Source: Antedon mediterranea
Lineage: Eukaryota; Animalia; Echinodermata
Length of the DNA: 64,000 nucleotides
Direction: 5' to 3'
NCBI RefSeq assembly: GCF_964355755.1
Contig: NC_092673.1
Coordinates: forward strand, 19,341,648 to 19,405,647
Part shown: in pieces, positions 14,001 through 24,726 of the stretch
Layout: the number at the start of each line of letters is the position of its first letter
How positions within the stretch are numbered: the stretch's first letter is position 1
Program-made: the position numbers and the translations under genes
The notes under the pieces: model-generated
Told to the model about the DNA's origin: nothing
What the model saw: the letters and a program-made list of their open reading frames with translations, nothing else
Database searches by the model: none

Positions 14001-16179
14001 TTTTTCATCAATGTTGGTGGACATTACACACCAGTAATAATGGTTAGAAATAGATTTTTGCCAATTACCTAAAAGGTTACACGATTTTTTTGTTGATATG
14101 GCCTTGATCTTTTTCTTAATACTTTTTGCAATGTGCCAGCAGTCAAAATAATGCTTAATGTCTGGAAAATTATCCCTTAAATATTTTTGTAGCTGTCTAT
14201 GTCTATCGGAAACAATTGTACTTATATTTACTTTGAAATCTTTAAAGACATCCAATGTTTTTTGTAGACCCTTAAGTTCCATATGATAAGATGATTTAAC
14301 ATCACTACTCTGAACTAATTCAACATTCAAAATCTTATTTTCGGTCAAGTCAACTGATGTGTATGAACCATATTTTGCACTGTGGCCCATACTGTCACAG
14401 CGTCCATCTACTCCAATAGCAGCGTCCATCTACTCCAATAGAAATATCCTTGCCCTGTAATTCAGCAAAGTGCTTATCCCTTTTAGAAAACCAATTATTC
14501 CTTACAACTCTGTGTAAGAAATTTTGTTGGTGACGGAAAAAAGTACGTTTACTAATGGCGCTCACATTTATACTTTTTAGCGCTCTTAAAAATTGTGTGG
14601 GTGTTGAGCCAGAAAAAAGAATAGCCCCACTTAGTAGAATGTTACCCATTGGGGTACCTCTAGCTTCTGGCTGACTTTTCCACTCGCGGTTAGTGTGGCA
14701 ACATAAGCATCTTATGTTTGCAATAAGCATGCTTCCCTTGTTACGACAACATACTTGAACTTTACTGGAAAAACAGGAAAGGCATATAGAAAGTAGCATC
14801 AGTAGGTGATTGTGAAAAACAATGTATTTTGGCTGTCTATGTGCATCCCCATTAAATCCTTTCATCTCATCATCTTCCATCTCTGTATCCTCACCATCTG
14901 AAACCGATACATCCTCTTCCGGTCGATAATCTGAATCGCTATCATCTTCTGTCGACTCATCAAAATCTTCATCATCTTCATCAGACGATTGTTCTTTGTA
15001 TGTTGGTTTGGCTTTTTTGGGTGCCACGACTTTAGCTTTGCTCATTTTTCTTCGCCGAACACGTTTTCTTTGCTTTCGTGTCTGTGTGCCTCTGGACACC
15101 ATAAGAGGCTTATCGCATACACTTGCGAGCTCCTGTTCATCCTCTTCCTCATCCTCTGTTCCAGTAATAAGCTCCCTGATCACTCCCGCCTTTTCTCTTT
15201 TAACAAATGCTGACCTGTTGGAATGAATATTAATACTATTAATAATAAATATCAGACAAACCTAAACATTTTTTCTTTTATTTATTGAATCTATTACACT
15301 AACCTCTGTGCTGTACACTCTTTGGCCACCTGACCACCATCGTCGGATGTCTCCCTCACAACATGTATTGTTGGTACCGCTGTTTTGGCATTCAGTAAAA
15401 AAGCCTAAAAGTAGTGAGGAAACCGTTGTCTAATTAATATTAAGGGCAAAATAACGTAAGCAATATAATTATAATATAGTTGTTAGTTCCCACTTACACC
15501 GACAGGACATTCTCCTACTGAGCATAACAGTGTAGGCATTGACTAACCTCCATCATGTTTGTACAGCATTCAGTAGTACTAATTAGGCCTGGCTAGGCTA
15601 GCCCTTATCCCATTATTATTAATGTAATAAGCCAAATACATAACAACTAGGTTAGGCCTAGTTGAGTTATCTGTGTGGTGTAGGCAAAACTGTTATTACT
15701 ATTACTTATTAATTATGTTAAGTTTATTTAAAGATAAACCAACATAAAGTAAATACTATACATATATATCAGGCGGAGCAACTGTACTGTATGTATGTAC
15801 AGTAGTTTTAATGTTACTGCAAATTATGTGCCGGCCCGCCTAGAAGCTAGGCTTGGCCCAGCGGGCCCAGCAGGCCTAACAATAGCGACGGCGAACGTAT
15901 TTTATTCAGTTTTTGTTGAAGGTAAAATATTAAAAGTAAATTCATCTAATTAACAAATACTTACTTTGTAGCTAGACCAGCTTTGAATTGACCCATGTTT
16001 GTAAATGAATCGTCTGAAAAATGCTTAAAACAGAGCACTGATCGAGCTGTGGGTTTCCACTTATCGCGTTTTGTACGTACAAATCTTGTCCATTGCCTGG
16101 CGATGAAACTGTCCTTTGGCCACCGAAACAATAAGTTATTTTCATGATCACAATTCGCAGCAACACAGCGAGAAGGCAT
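11089..16179 (-). pseudogene. Kolobok THAP-DDE transposase, disrupted
   Basis: Exons 16179-15965 (THAP: MPSRCVAANC...LFRWPKD...W...LCFKHF), 15404-15304 (AVPTIH) and 15214-11089. Core motifs DGRCDSMGHSAKYGSY, VSDRH, FDCWHIAK, TSSVEGYHSLINHFAPK, AALHYNEN. Lesions: a 2288-bp insertion (11457-13744), a 22-bp tandem duplication (14398-14441) and an apparent 1-nt loss in exon 2. Confidence 0.9.
11457..13744. mobile_element. Non-autonomous TIR element (Academ-like, TAG..CTA, 3-bp TSD) inserted in the Kolobok transposase
   Basis: Imperfect ~45-bp TIR tagaccagtcg...ggtgtcacttttctgcagaattt / aaattctgcaaaaagtgacacc...cgactggtcta. TSD TAA at 11454-11456 and 13745-13747. Removing the element restores YHSLINHFAPK. 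Confidence 0.9.
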
Positions 16180-16524
16180 ATTGATTTATTATAATAGATA
16201 AATAAAAAAGTAGCTGACAATAATAATAGTTGAAAATAACAATTAGTACCAGTAGAAAGCAGTATACAGTATATATTATTAGTAGTAAACCAGCGTCTCA
16301 TGCATGCACGTGTGTTGTTTTAAAAGGCGGAAGTAGAATGTCTTCTGCCTGTGACGTCACGCTTATAAAGTACGAGGGCATATTAACGTTCCTAATTAAG
16401 AGGTGATTACGGCCATACCGTTAAAAGTAGGTCAATGCAAATTTCGGTCAAGATTTATAGACATTAAGTCTACCCAAAAAATCATTAACATCTTAATTTA
16501 AAGTCTGTGGCACTAGCACTTTAA

Positions 16525-16756
16525 AGATATATCGTCACCTGGAAAATATATATATATTTTTCTTGAATATGCAATTTTAATGTCATAATAGTTATTCACT
16601 TTGACCAAAAATTGGAGCGAAAATAAAATTGTTTACCTGAAAATAATGCAAAAAATAGTCAAATTATCAGACAATGGGTTGAAACTGCAGAATTCCCTAT
16701 TCAAAGTTTGATTTTATTAATCTTCATTTTTCATGTTTTTGGGGGACAATATATCC
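16525..16756. mobile_element. Short TTAA-type MITE abutting the Kolobok end
   Basis: Degenerate TIR agatatatcgtcacc / ggggacaatatatcc. It shares the left TTAA with the Kolobok; the right TTAA is absent. Confidence 0.5.
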
Positions 16757-18327
16757 AGTACCCTGTGGACCCCTGTTGAATAAATTTGAACCTGGTGAAC
16801 TTAAGAACAACAATAATTAATGTTTAAATTTAAGCAACAACAAAATAAAGCTTATTGACTGATGATTGACAGTTTGGATTTATTTGTCATTGTCATGATA
16901 ATAAAACAATTTATAATAAAAAAGTAAACAAAATGTTTTTATTGTTCATGTGGATTGTTATTTTTTGTTTAATTTTGCATAAAGCATGCACACTACTCAC
17001 AGATAGTGTATCTTAGTTTCATTATGCAAATTACGATTTTGTAGGTTAGATATTCATAATTAGGTGATACATTTGATATAAGGGCACTCTCCATACTAAT
17101 GGGGAATTTAGGTGTAAGTTTCATTTTGATTGGTTCAGAAATGGTAATGGTAACATGCATAGTGAACAGGCTTGTTGTGGTTTTTGTTTATTATATATAA
17201 TTTAAATTTATATAAATTAATTAATAATTAAGTTAATATAAATATCAGGATAAGGATAAAACTGGTCAACAATTGTGGACAAATATTTCACTGTAACCTA
17301 TCACCATCCTCAGTATTCTATTTCCTATGGTGACATCCAGAAGAAGATTAGTTGAAATCGGAATTAGAATGCTGTGAGGGTATCACTGAAATATTCATTA
17401 AAAAAATATCATGTTGTTTACAACTAACACATAAGAATAATCATTTGTGAATTTAAATACTTGGTAATATCATGAAGGAAATTACAGGAAAAAGATTACA
17501 TTATTTTTTCCTCCATGATAGTACACAGTGTGTCTTGCTTTTGTGACGTGTGTACACTCTTTTATTGACTTAACCAACTTGACTGTTAACATGTTCTTTA
17601 CAAAAGGTTCTTTGTTAATATAAGTATGCAAGACCATGGATTAAAGAATAGAAGGATATGCATCGACGTGAGATCAAGGGTTCCTTGACTCTCGCCGACA
17701 GACTGCGGACCGCCCACAATGTTACAGTTTAATTAACCGCATGGTAACAACGAAACGGTCGCGTGCCTAATACTGTGTATTGTTTACTGCACATGTGCAA
17801 CGACATTTAACCTTGTTGTTGACTGCGCTTCTTTCGCACGTTCTCTGTTGCCCTGTATGTATTCATACATATTTGAACAGTATAATCAGTGCCGTAACGG
17901 CTATGTGCGCTCACTGGCTAAATCGAAGCTTGGGGCCCATGAGCAGTGCCCAGAGGAACAGGCATAAAATATGTCGAAAATGCTAAAAACGTCCGAGGCC
18001 TCAATCTTTGAAACTTGGAGGGCCACTTAGGTTTCCTAAACAAGTGGCTTCAGGCCTCTGCCTCATGCCACTGAGTATAATGTTTATTGAAAACAGTTAT
18101 TAAATTACATTGTATGTTATTGTGAAGACCCTAGTGTAGGCCTACTTCATCAATATACCAGATAAAAACAATACTATATTGTTATTGGCTTAGAATTGTA
18201 GATGCTATAATTGTATTAGTATAGGTTTCTGCCGCGATTGATCTACGCTAATGTTTTTATGACATTAAAGTAGCATTTTATGACCTGTAGTAGCCCTACA
18301 TCTGAGACAATAACTATTTATTTGTTG

Positions 18328-19842
18328 GTATTGTACTACCTTACTTTATGATCCATTTATTAATAGACTAAAACGCACTGCTTCCCCAGGGCTGTTAGTC
18401 AGGGTATTTGTGTGGGGTATTGTACTACCTTACTTTATGATCCATTTATTAATAGACTAAAATGCACTGCTTCCCCAGGGCTGTTAGTCAGGGTATTTGT
18501 GTGGGGTATTGTACTACCTTACTTTATGATCCATTTATTAATAGCCTAAATGCACTGCTTCCCCAGGGCTGTTAGTCAGGGTATTTGTGTGGGGTATTGT
18601 ACTACCTTACTTTATGATCCATTTATTAATAGACTAAAATGTACTGCTTCCCCAGGGCTGTTAGTCAGGGTATTTGTGTGTGGTATTGTACTACCTTACT
18701 TTATGATCCATTTATTAATAGACTAAAATGTACTGCTTCCCCAGGGCTGTTAGTTAGGGTATTTGTGTGGGGTATTGTTAACCTTACTTTATGATCCATT
18801 TATTAATAGACTAAAATGCACTGCTTCCCCAGGGCTGTTAGTCAGGGTATTTGTGTGGGGTATTGTACTACCTTACTTTATGATCCATTTATTAATAGAC
18901 TAAAATGCACTGCTTCCCCAGGGCTGTTAGTCAGGGTATTTGTGTGGGGTATTGTACTACCTTACTTTATGATCCATTTATTAATAGACTAAAATGCACT
19001 GCTTCCCCAGGGCTGTTAGTCAGGGTATTTGTGTGGGGTATTGTACTACCTTACTTTATGATCCATTTATTAATAGACTAAAATGCACTGCTTCCCCAGG
19101 GCTGTTAGTCAGGGTATTTGTGTGGGGTATTGTACTACCTTACTTTATGATCCATTTATTAATAGACTAAAATGCACTGCTTCCCCAGGGCTGTTAGTCA
19201 GGGTATTTGTGTGGGGTATTGTAATACCTTACTTTATGATCCATTTATTAATAGACTAAAATGCACTGCTTCCCCAGGGCTGTTAGTCAGGGTATTTGTG
19301 TGGGGTATTGTAATACCTTACTTTATGATCCATTTATTAATAGACTAAAATGCACTGCTTCCCCAGGGCTGTTAGTCAGGGTATTTGTGTGGGGTATTGT
19401 ACTACCTTACTTTATGATCCATTTATTAATAGACTAAAATGCACTGCTTCCCAGGGCTGTTAGTCAGGGTATTTGTGTGGGGTATTGTACTACCTTACTT
19501 TATGATCCATTTATTAATAGACTAAAATGCACTGCTTCCCCAGGGCTGTTAGTCAGGGTATTTGTGTGGGGTATTGTAATACCTTACTTTATGATCCATT
19601 TATTAATAGACTAAAACGCACTGCTTCCCCAGGGCTGTTAGTTAGGGTATTTGTGTGGGGTATTGTACTACCTTACTTTATGATCCATTTATTAATAGAC
19701 TAAAATGCACTGCTTCCCCATGGCTGTTAGTCATGGGTATTTGTGTGGGGTATTGTAATACCTTACTTTATGATCCATTTATTAATAGACTAAAATGCAC
19801 TGCTTCCCCAGGGCTGTTAGTCAGGGTACTTGTGTGGGGTAT
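18328..19842. repeat. 89-bp minisatellite (~17 near-identical copies) in the spacer of the inverted duplication
   Basis: Unit gtattgtactaccttactttatgatccatttattaatagactaaaatgcactgcttccccagggctgttagtcagggtatttgtgtggg; period 89. Confidence 0.95.
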
Positions 19843-21039
19843 GCAGATAGTTTAGTTTAGTTCTGTAGTTATAATGCTTTATATTTCACATGACAGAAGA
19901 TTGTAAAAATCTGTTGAATCAGTAAGTTTGTCTAACCTGCATAACATAATGCCACACTCATTTTGGTAGAAATACACCAGGAGTAGATCCAGGATTTAGA
20001 GGGGACGGCTAATAATAGACTGGGGAAAGAAGCCTAGGCCCCTTGGTTCTAATCAAAATTTTAAAATGTCCTCTTTCGCCATGCTTTTATAAAGTCTCCC
20101 ACCATTTAATTTTTATGATTTCGGACCTCCACATACTAAAATGGCAGTGCGAAATAACACTTTTGGTTTTTAATAGTAAATTAACAATAAATGATATCAT
20201 TATTGAATAAAGAATTGTTTATCTCATAATAAATATATTTAATTCAAAATAACGTTCTGTTCTTATTATCCATTTTTTTATCCATAATTGTTATTTTAAA
20301 ATATTTTGTATAAAACTGGTAGATTGCTCACAATAAAATACAAACAGTAGTTTTTGTTTCATTATGCAAAGTATGATTTTTTTTTAATTAATAATTTATA
20401 ATTAGGTGATACATTTTAATATAGCTTCTAAGTGCATTCTCCATACCAATTTATGATAAAAAAATAAATAAAATTAATGTGATGTGAAGTAGGATTGGCC
20501 TTCCCATGGATATCTTTTTCCCTTCTTGATATACCTTACCAATAATTAACCAGTATATAGGCCAATAAATAATATTATAAATACTATTATCACAACATAA
20601 AATGGCATAGTAGGCCTCTATTAACCAAACAGAGTCTCCTAATTACCCTTAGTATAAATTGTTTTTTATAACAATTCCTGGTAATCAAAATACACATACT
20701 ATTCTGAAGCACAAAATATTATTAAGAAATATATCCACAACACTTTATTATTTTATTTAATCAGCAAAGCATCCATTATGAATTAAAAAAATACATAGTT
20801 AAGTGATGTTTTGTTCCAAAATCAATAAATCTTATAATGTACTAGCCCAAGCAAGTACATCTGTACAATTTGCACCTCAATAATTCACCGTCAAATATGC
20901 AATTACATTTTTAAAAACATAAGAAAACGTTTAAAGTATTTGTTGCTCCTAATCTATACTATGTGTTAATGGAGATAATTTTGACACAATTTGATCTATA
21001 TACAGTATCATGCGACTTTAACCCAATGTTGTAACTCTT

Positions 21040-21330
21040 TACATATGGCTCTGGCTCCGCCCATAATTCGTTCGTTTACATTGGTTGAATAGGAATTATG
21101 ATATCTTTCTAATATACTATCTTTGTTTATATGAAGTTTGCAAACTGTAGATAGGTAAACAAGACTTATATTTTCTATTATAGGCTAGCACGCAAGACTG
21201 ATTTAAGGAAGTCATGTGATGCACAGAAGCAGTAACAATTATAAACCCCTTATAGTCAAGTAGCGTGTTTATGTAGAAATTTTCAGTCGAACTGATTTAC
21301 CAGTGGATTGAGGATTGTTTCCAGGGTAGG
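21040..21330 (+). promoter_or_regulatory. Candidate promoter and first non-coding exon of the ANK-ROCO gene (mirror at ~8785-9075)
   Basis: GC box ctccgccc (~21054), inverted CCAAT attgg (~21080) and a possible donor ccagg|gtaggg (~21325), retained in both arms. The exon 24299-24385 has an acceptor, so an upstream UTR exon is required. The location is inference. Confidence 0.3.
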
Positions 21331-23365
21331 GTACCAACAATTCTGTTTTTCAGATTCAGTTGTAGTGTGAGTTTTTATATTATTTTAACAGAATATTTAA
21401 TTTTGACTTACAGAATTGTGCTTTATTTTATGACAATTACAGGATTAGCAATACTTTGTTTGGAAACGTTGGTTTATGGCAACCAGTTGCATCCATTGAA
21501 GTGTTTCTCAACTATTTTATTTTTACAGCAAAAATTGCAATACAATAAAATAACAGATTTTAATTCGAAATTCAGAGGCTTTAAAAGATAATCTTGGTGC
21601 ACACACTACAAGGGTGATAACTATCTTTTGCTCAAATTCTGCCTATGTTATCACTTACCTTTCAGGCCTTTCGTTTAATAGCACATGAATTGTTCAATAA
21701 ACTTGAGTTAAAAGGTAATTTCAAACCTACTAAGGTCTGTTACAAAGGTCACAGAAGTTAGGCTGCTGAATATCTTTGAACAAAACATGTCTGACGTGAA
21801 AATAAAAAAAAGTATATTAGTCTGATAGTACAGTGATACGCCCGTATTCTTTAAACCAGACTTTAGTCGTAGTTCGAACTTCGACTTCAAAAAGTGCTAG
21901 TTCGAGCTACGGGCTCAAGCCCCCCTTGCCAGAGAGACTAGCTTTCCCACCAAATTTTTGTCGGGGAATATAATATACTGCACATTGTTCACGTACACTT
22001 CGTAGCTTCAGCACCTAGAAAACCGCGACGTTCAATTGACCGTGAGTACGTCAGAGGGCTATTGTGCACTTTATGCATTCATTATCGCCAGCGATCTAAC
22101 TACTAAACAAAAGAATGCACTTGTCTGGCCTTTGTACAAATCGTTCGCGTTACTTTGTGTACTGTGTATCGACATACGCTACAGCAAAAACAAGTTATGT
22201 TAATTATTCGTATGTTCACCAATTTTTTAATTTACAATTAATCCTCTGTACCGTGGGGCACCTAAAATAAATATTTCATACATTACTAAACAAAAAACAT
22301 GCTATTTTCGCTTAGCCAACAACATCTTATTATAGTTTAGTTATTAAGTTTTCAATGTCCTGTATGTCATGAACTTCTCACCATACTCAAAGTCCAGATG
22401 GTAAGCTTACATACACTTGCGAGGTATACTACTGAAAATGGTCTACGCTTGCGGACACACACCACCCACCCACCCCAATTAACCACTTTTTTAAGCCTCT
22501 AGGCCCGATGTTTTCAAATTATAAGATGCAATTTTTGAAGACCTGCAGGTCTAGTTTTCAAAATTTTCTTAGGTACTTATAAATTTCATTTCATATTTAA
22601 TTTCATTTCATATTTCGAAGCACAATAAGTGCATTTTCCAGGACCTATAATCAGCTCTAATTTTCAAAAATGTCTTAGCTCAGTTCCTGCCTGTGGGTAC
22701 GTTTTACGTTTGTGTATATTTTCTATGCTACAATATACTCGATAAATATAGGCATATTTTGAACTTTAAAGGTCACTTCATTTTTAAAATTGAAATGGAT
22801 TGCCACAGTCATCATTGCGCATCGGTTTTTTGCACGCAGTATTTTATTTATGCATTATGAAAAATGGAAAAAGTGGCTACCCTAAATCTGATTAAAATTG
22901 CCTCAAATGACGCTAGAACGCGTTACTTCCGGGGGCTTTGCCCTCTAGACCCCCTGGCGGCCCCCTTGCACCCAGCCTAGAGAGAGATTAACAACATTTT
23001 TGACCAAATAACTGATATGTTTTTCTGATACTCACAATTGCCTAGAGGGATGTTTTTGCTGTTTTTTGGGGGTTTAAAGTAAAGTGGGCCAAACTGAATG
23101 GCAGCCATTTGTTGTGTATTAATTAAAGAAAAGTCATAATTGCCGTTTGGGAAAATGAATCCACAAAACAATGTTTCCAGTTGTTGATCTGTCAATCAAT
23201 TATTATGAACAAAATAATTTTTTAAATATTTAAAGATGAGACCATGGCCAGTTTAATATCAACTTGGTGATAAACTTAGATTTTACAATCGCACAATGTA
23301 CACAATATGCTTTATTTGTTTAATAACAAGTATAACAGTTTAAAAATCTAAAGTATAATATGTTG

Positions 23366-24221
23366 TAATGCTAGCACAGGAGTCATCTTCATTCAGTAAC
23401 ACCAGCATACAGGTCATCTACATGCAGTAACACCAGCATACAGATCATCTTCATTCAGTAACACCAGCATACAGGTCATCTACATGCAGTAACACCAGCA
23501 TACAGATCATCTTCATTCAGTAACACCAGCATACAGGTCATCTTCATTCAGTAACGCCAACATACAGGTCATCTTCATTCAGTAACACCAGCATACAGGT
23601 CATCTTCATTCATTAACACCAGCATACAGGTCATCTACATTCAGTAACACCAGCATACAGGTCATCTTCATTCAGTAACACCAGCATACAGGTCATCTTC
23701 ATTCAGTAACACCAGCATACAGGTCATCTTCATTCATTAACACCGGCATACAGGTCATCTTCATTCAGTAACACCGGCATACAGGTCATCTTCATTCAGT
23801 AACACCAGCATACAGATCATCTTCATTCAGTAATGCCAGCATACAGGTCATCTTCATTCAGTAATGCCAGCATACAGATCATCTTCATTCAGTAACGCCA
23901 GCATACAGGTCATCTTCATTCATTAACACCGGCATACAGGTCATCTTCATTCAGTAACACCGGCATACAGGTCATCTTCATTCAGTAACACCAGCATACA
24001 GATCATCTTCATTCAGTAAACACCAGCATACAGATCATCTTCATTCAGTAATGCCAGCATACAGGTTATCTTCATTCAGTAACACCAGCATACAGGTCAT
24101 CTTCATTCAGTAACACCAGCATACAGATCATCTTCATTCAGTAACACCAGCATACAGGTCATCTTCATTCAGTAACACCAGCATACAGATCATCTTCATT
24201 CAGTAATGCCAGCATACAGGT
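23366..24221. repeat. 31-bp minisatellite (~27 copies), inverted paralogue of 764-1272
   Basis: Unit ggtcatcttcattcagtaacaccagcataca. Confidence 0.95.
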
Positions 24222-24377
24222 GCAATTGAATTGTCATAGCTTTTTTAATGCAAAGGTTTCTGTCTGATGAAATTATGTTTTACCTTTCATATTTTCAGAA
24301 CAGAATGTGTAGGCTTACTTTTACACTAGAAGCTATCAGTATTAATAATTGTTAAATGAAGACACTGTATTTTTGAA

Positions 24378-24726
24378 ATGGAAAGGTACGTTTGTTTTTT
24401 ATTTCAAATCCAACAAAAATAACCAGCTCCAATATGTAAATGTTAAAAACAAATTAAAATGTTTGAATAGTTAGCAATACTTTAAAACTTTCTTAAAAGA
24501 TTATGAAATTATAAATATTACAAATAAAGGGCTCATTCTCATCAAATATAATGATGATATTGATTATTTCCATCAATCATCATTTTCATAAAATAGTGTA
24601 ATAAATCATTATTTCTTACATTTTAACAGGAACAAATTAGAAAAAGCTTTGTTGTACAGGGGTGATTTGCAAACAATTAAACAAATTTGTAAGACGCAAC
24701 CAGATCTTGTGAAATCTATCAATGAG
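24378..24726 (+). CDS. Start exon and N-terminal capping ankyrin exon of the ANK-ROCO gene
   Basis: ATGGAAAG|gtacgt (24378-24385) joins ttttaacag|G AAC...AAT GAG|gtataa (24630-24726), giving MERNKLEKALLYRGDLQTIKQICKTQPDLVKSINE. It ends in phase 0 and so joins any downstream GxTPLH exon. Confidence 0.75.

Larger units (their letters stand above)
9484..16520. mobile_element. Kolobok-superfamily DNA transposon (full length, transposase disrupted)
   Basis: 15-bp perfect TIR agtgctagtgccaca / tgtggcactagcact, TTAA TSD (9480-9483, 16521-16524), and two convergent genes (KolX-like on +, THAP-DDE transposase on -). Confidence 0.92.

Noticed and set aside
15961-16179. Stand-alone host THAP transcription factor
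   Set aside because: It is exon 1 of the Kolobok transposase (donor gtaagt at 15964, with downstream AVPTI and DDE exons).
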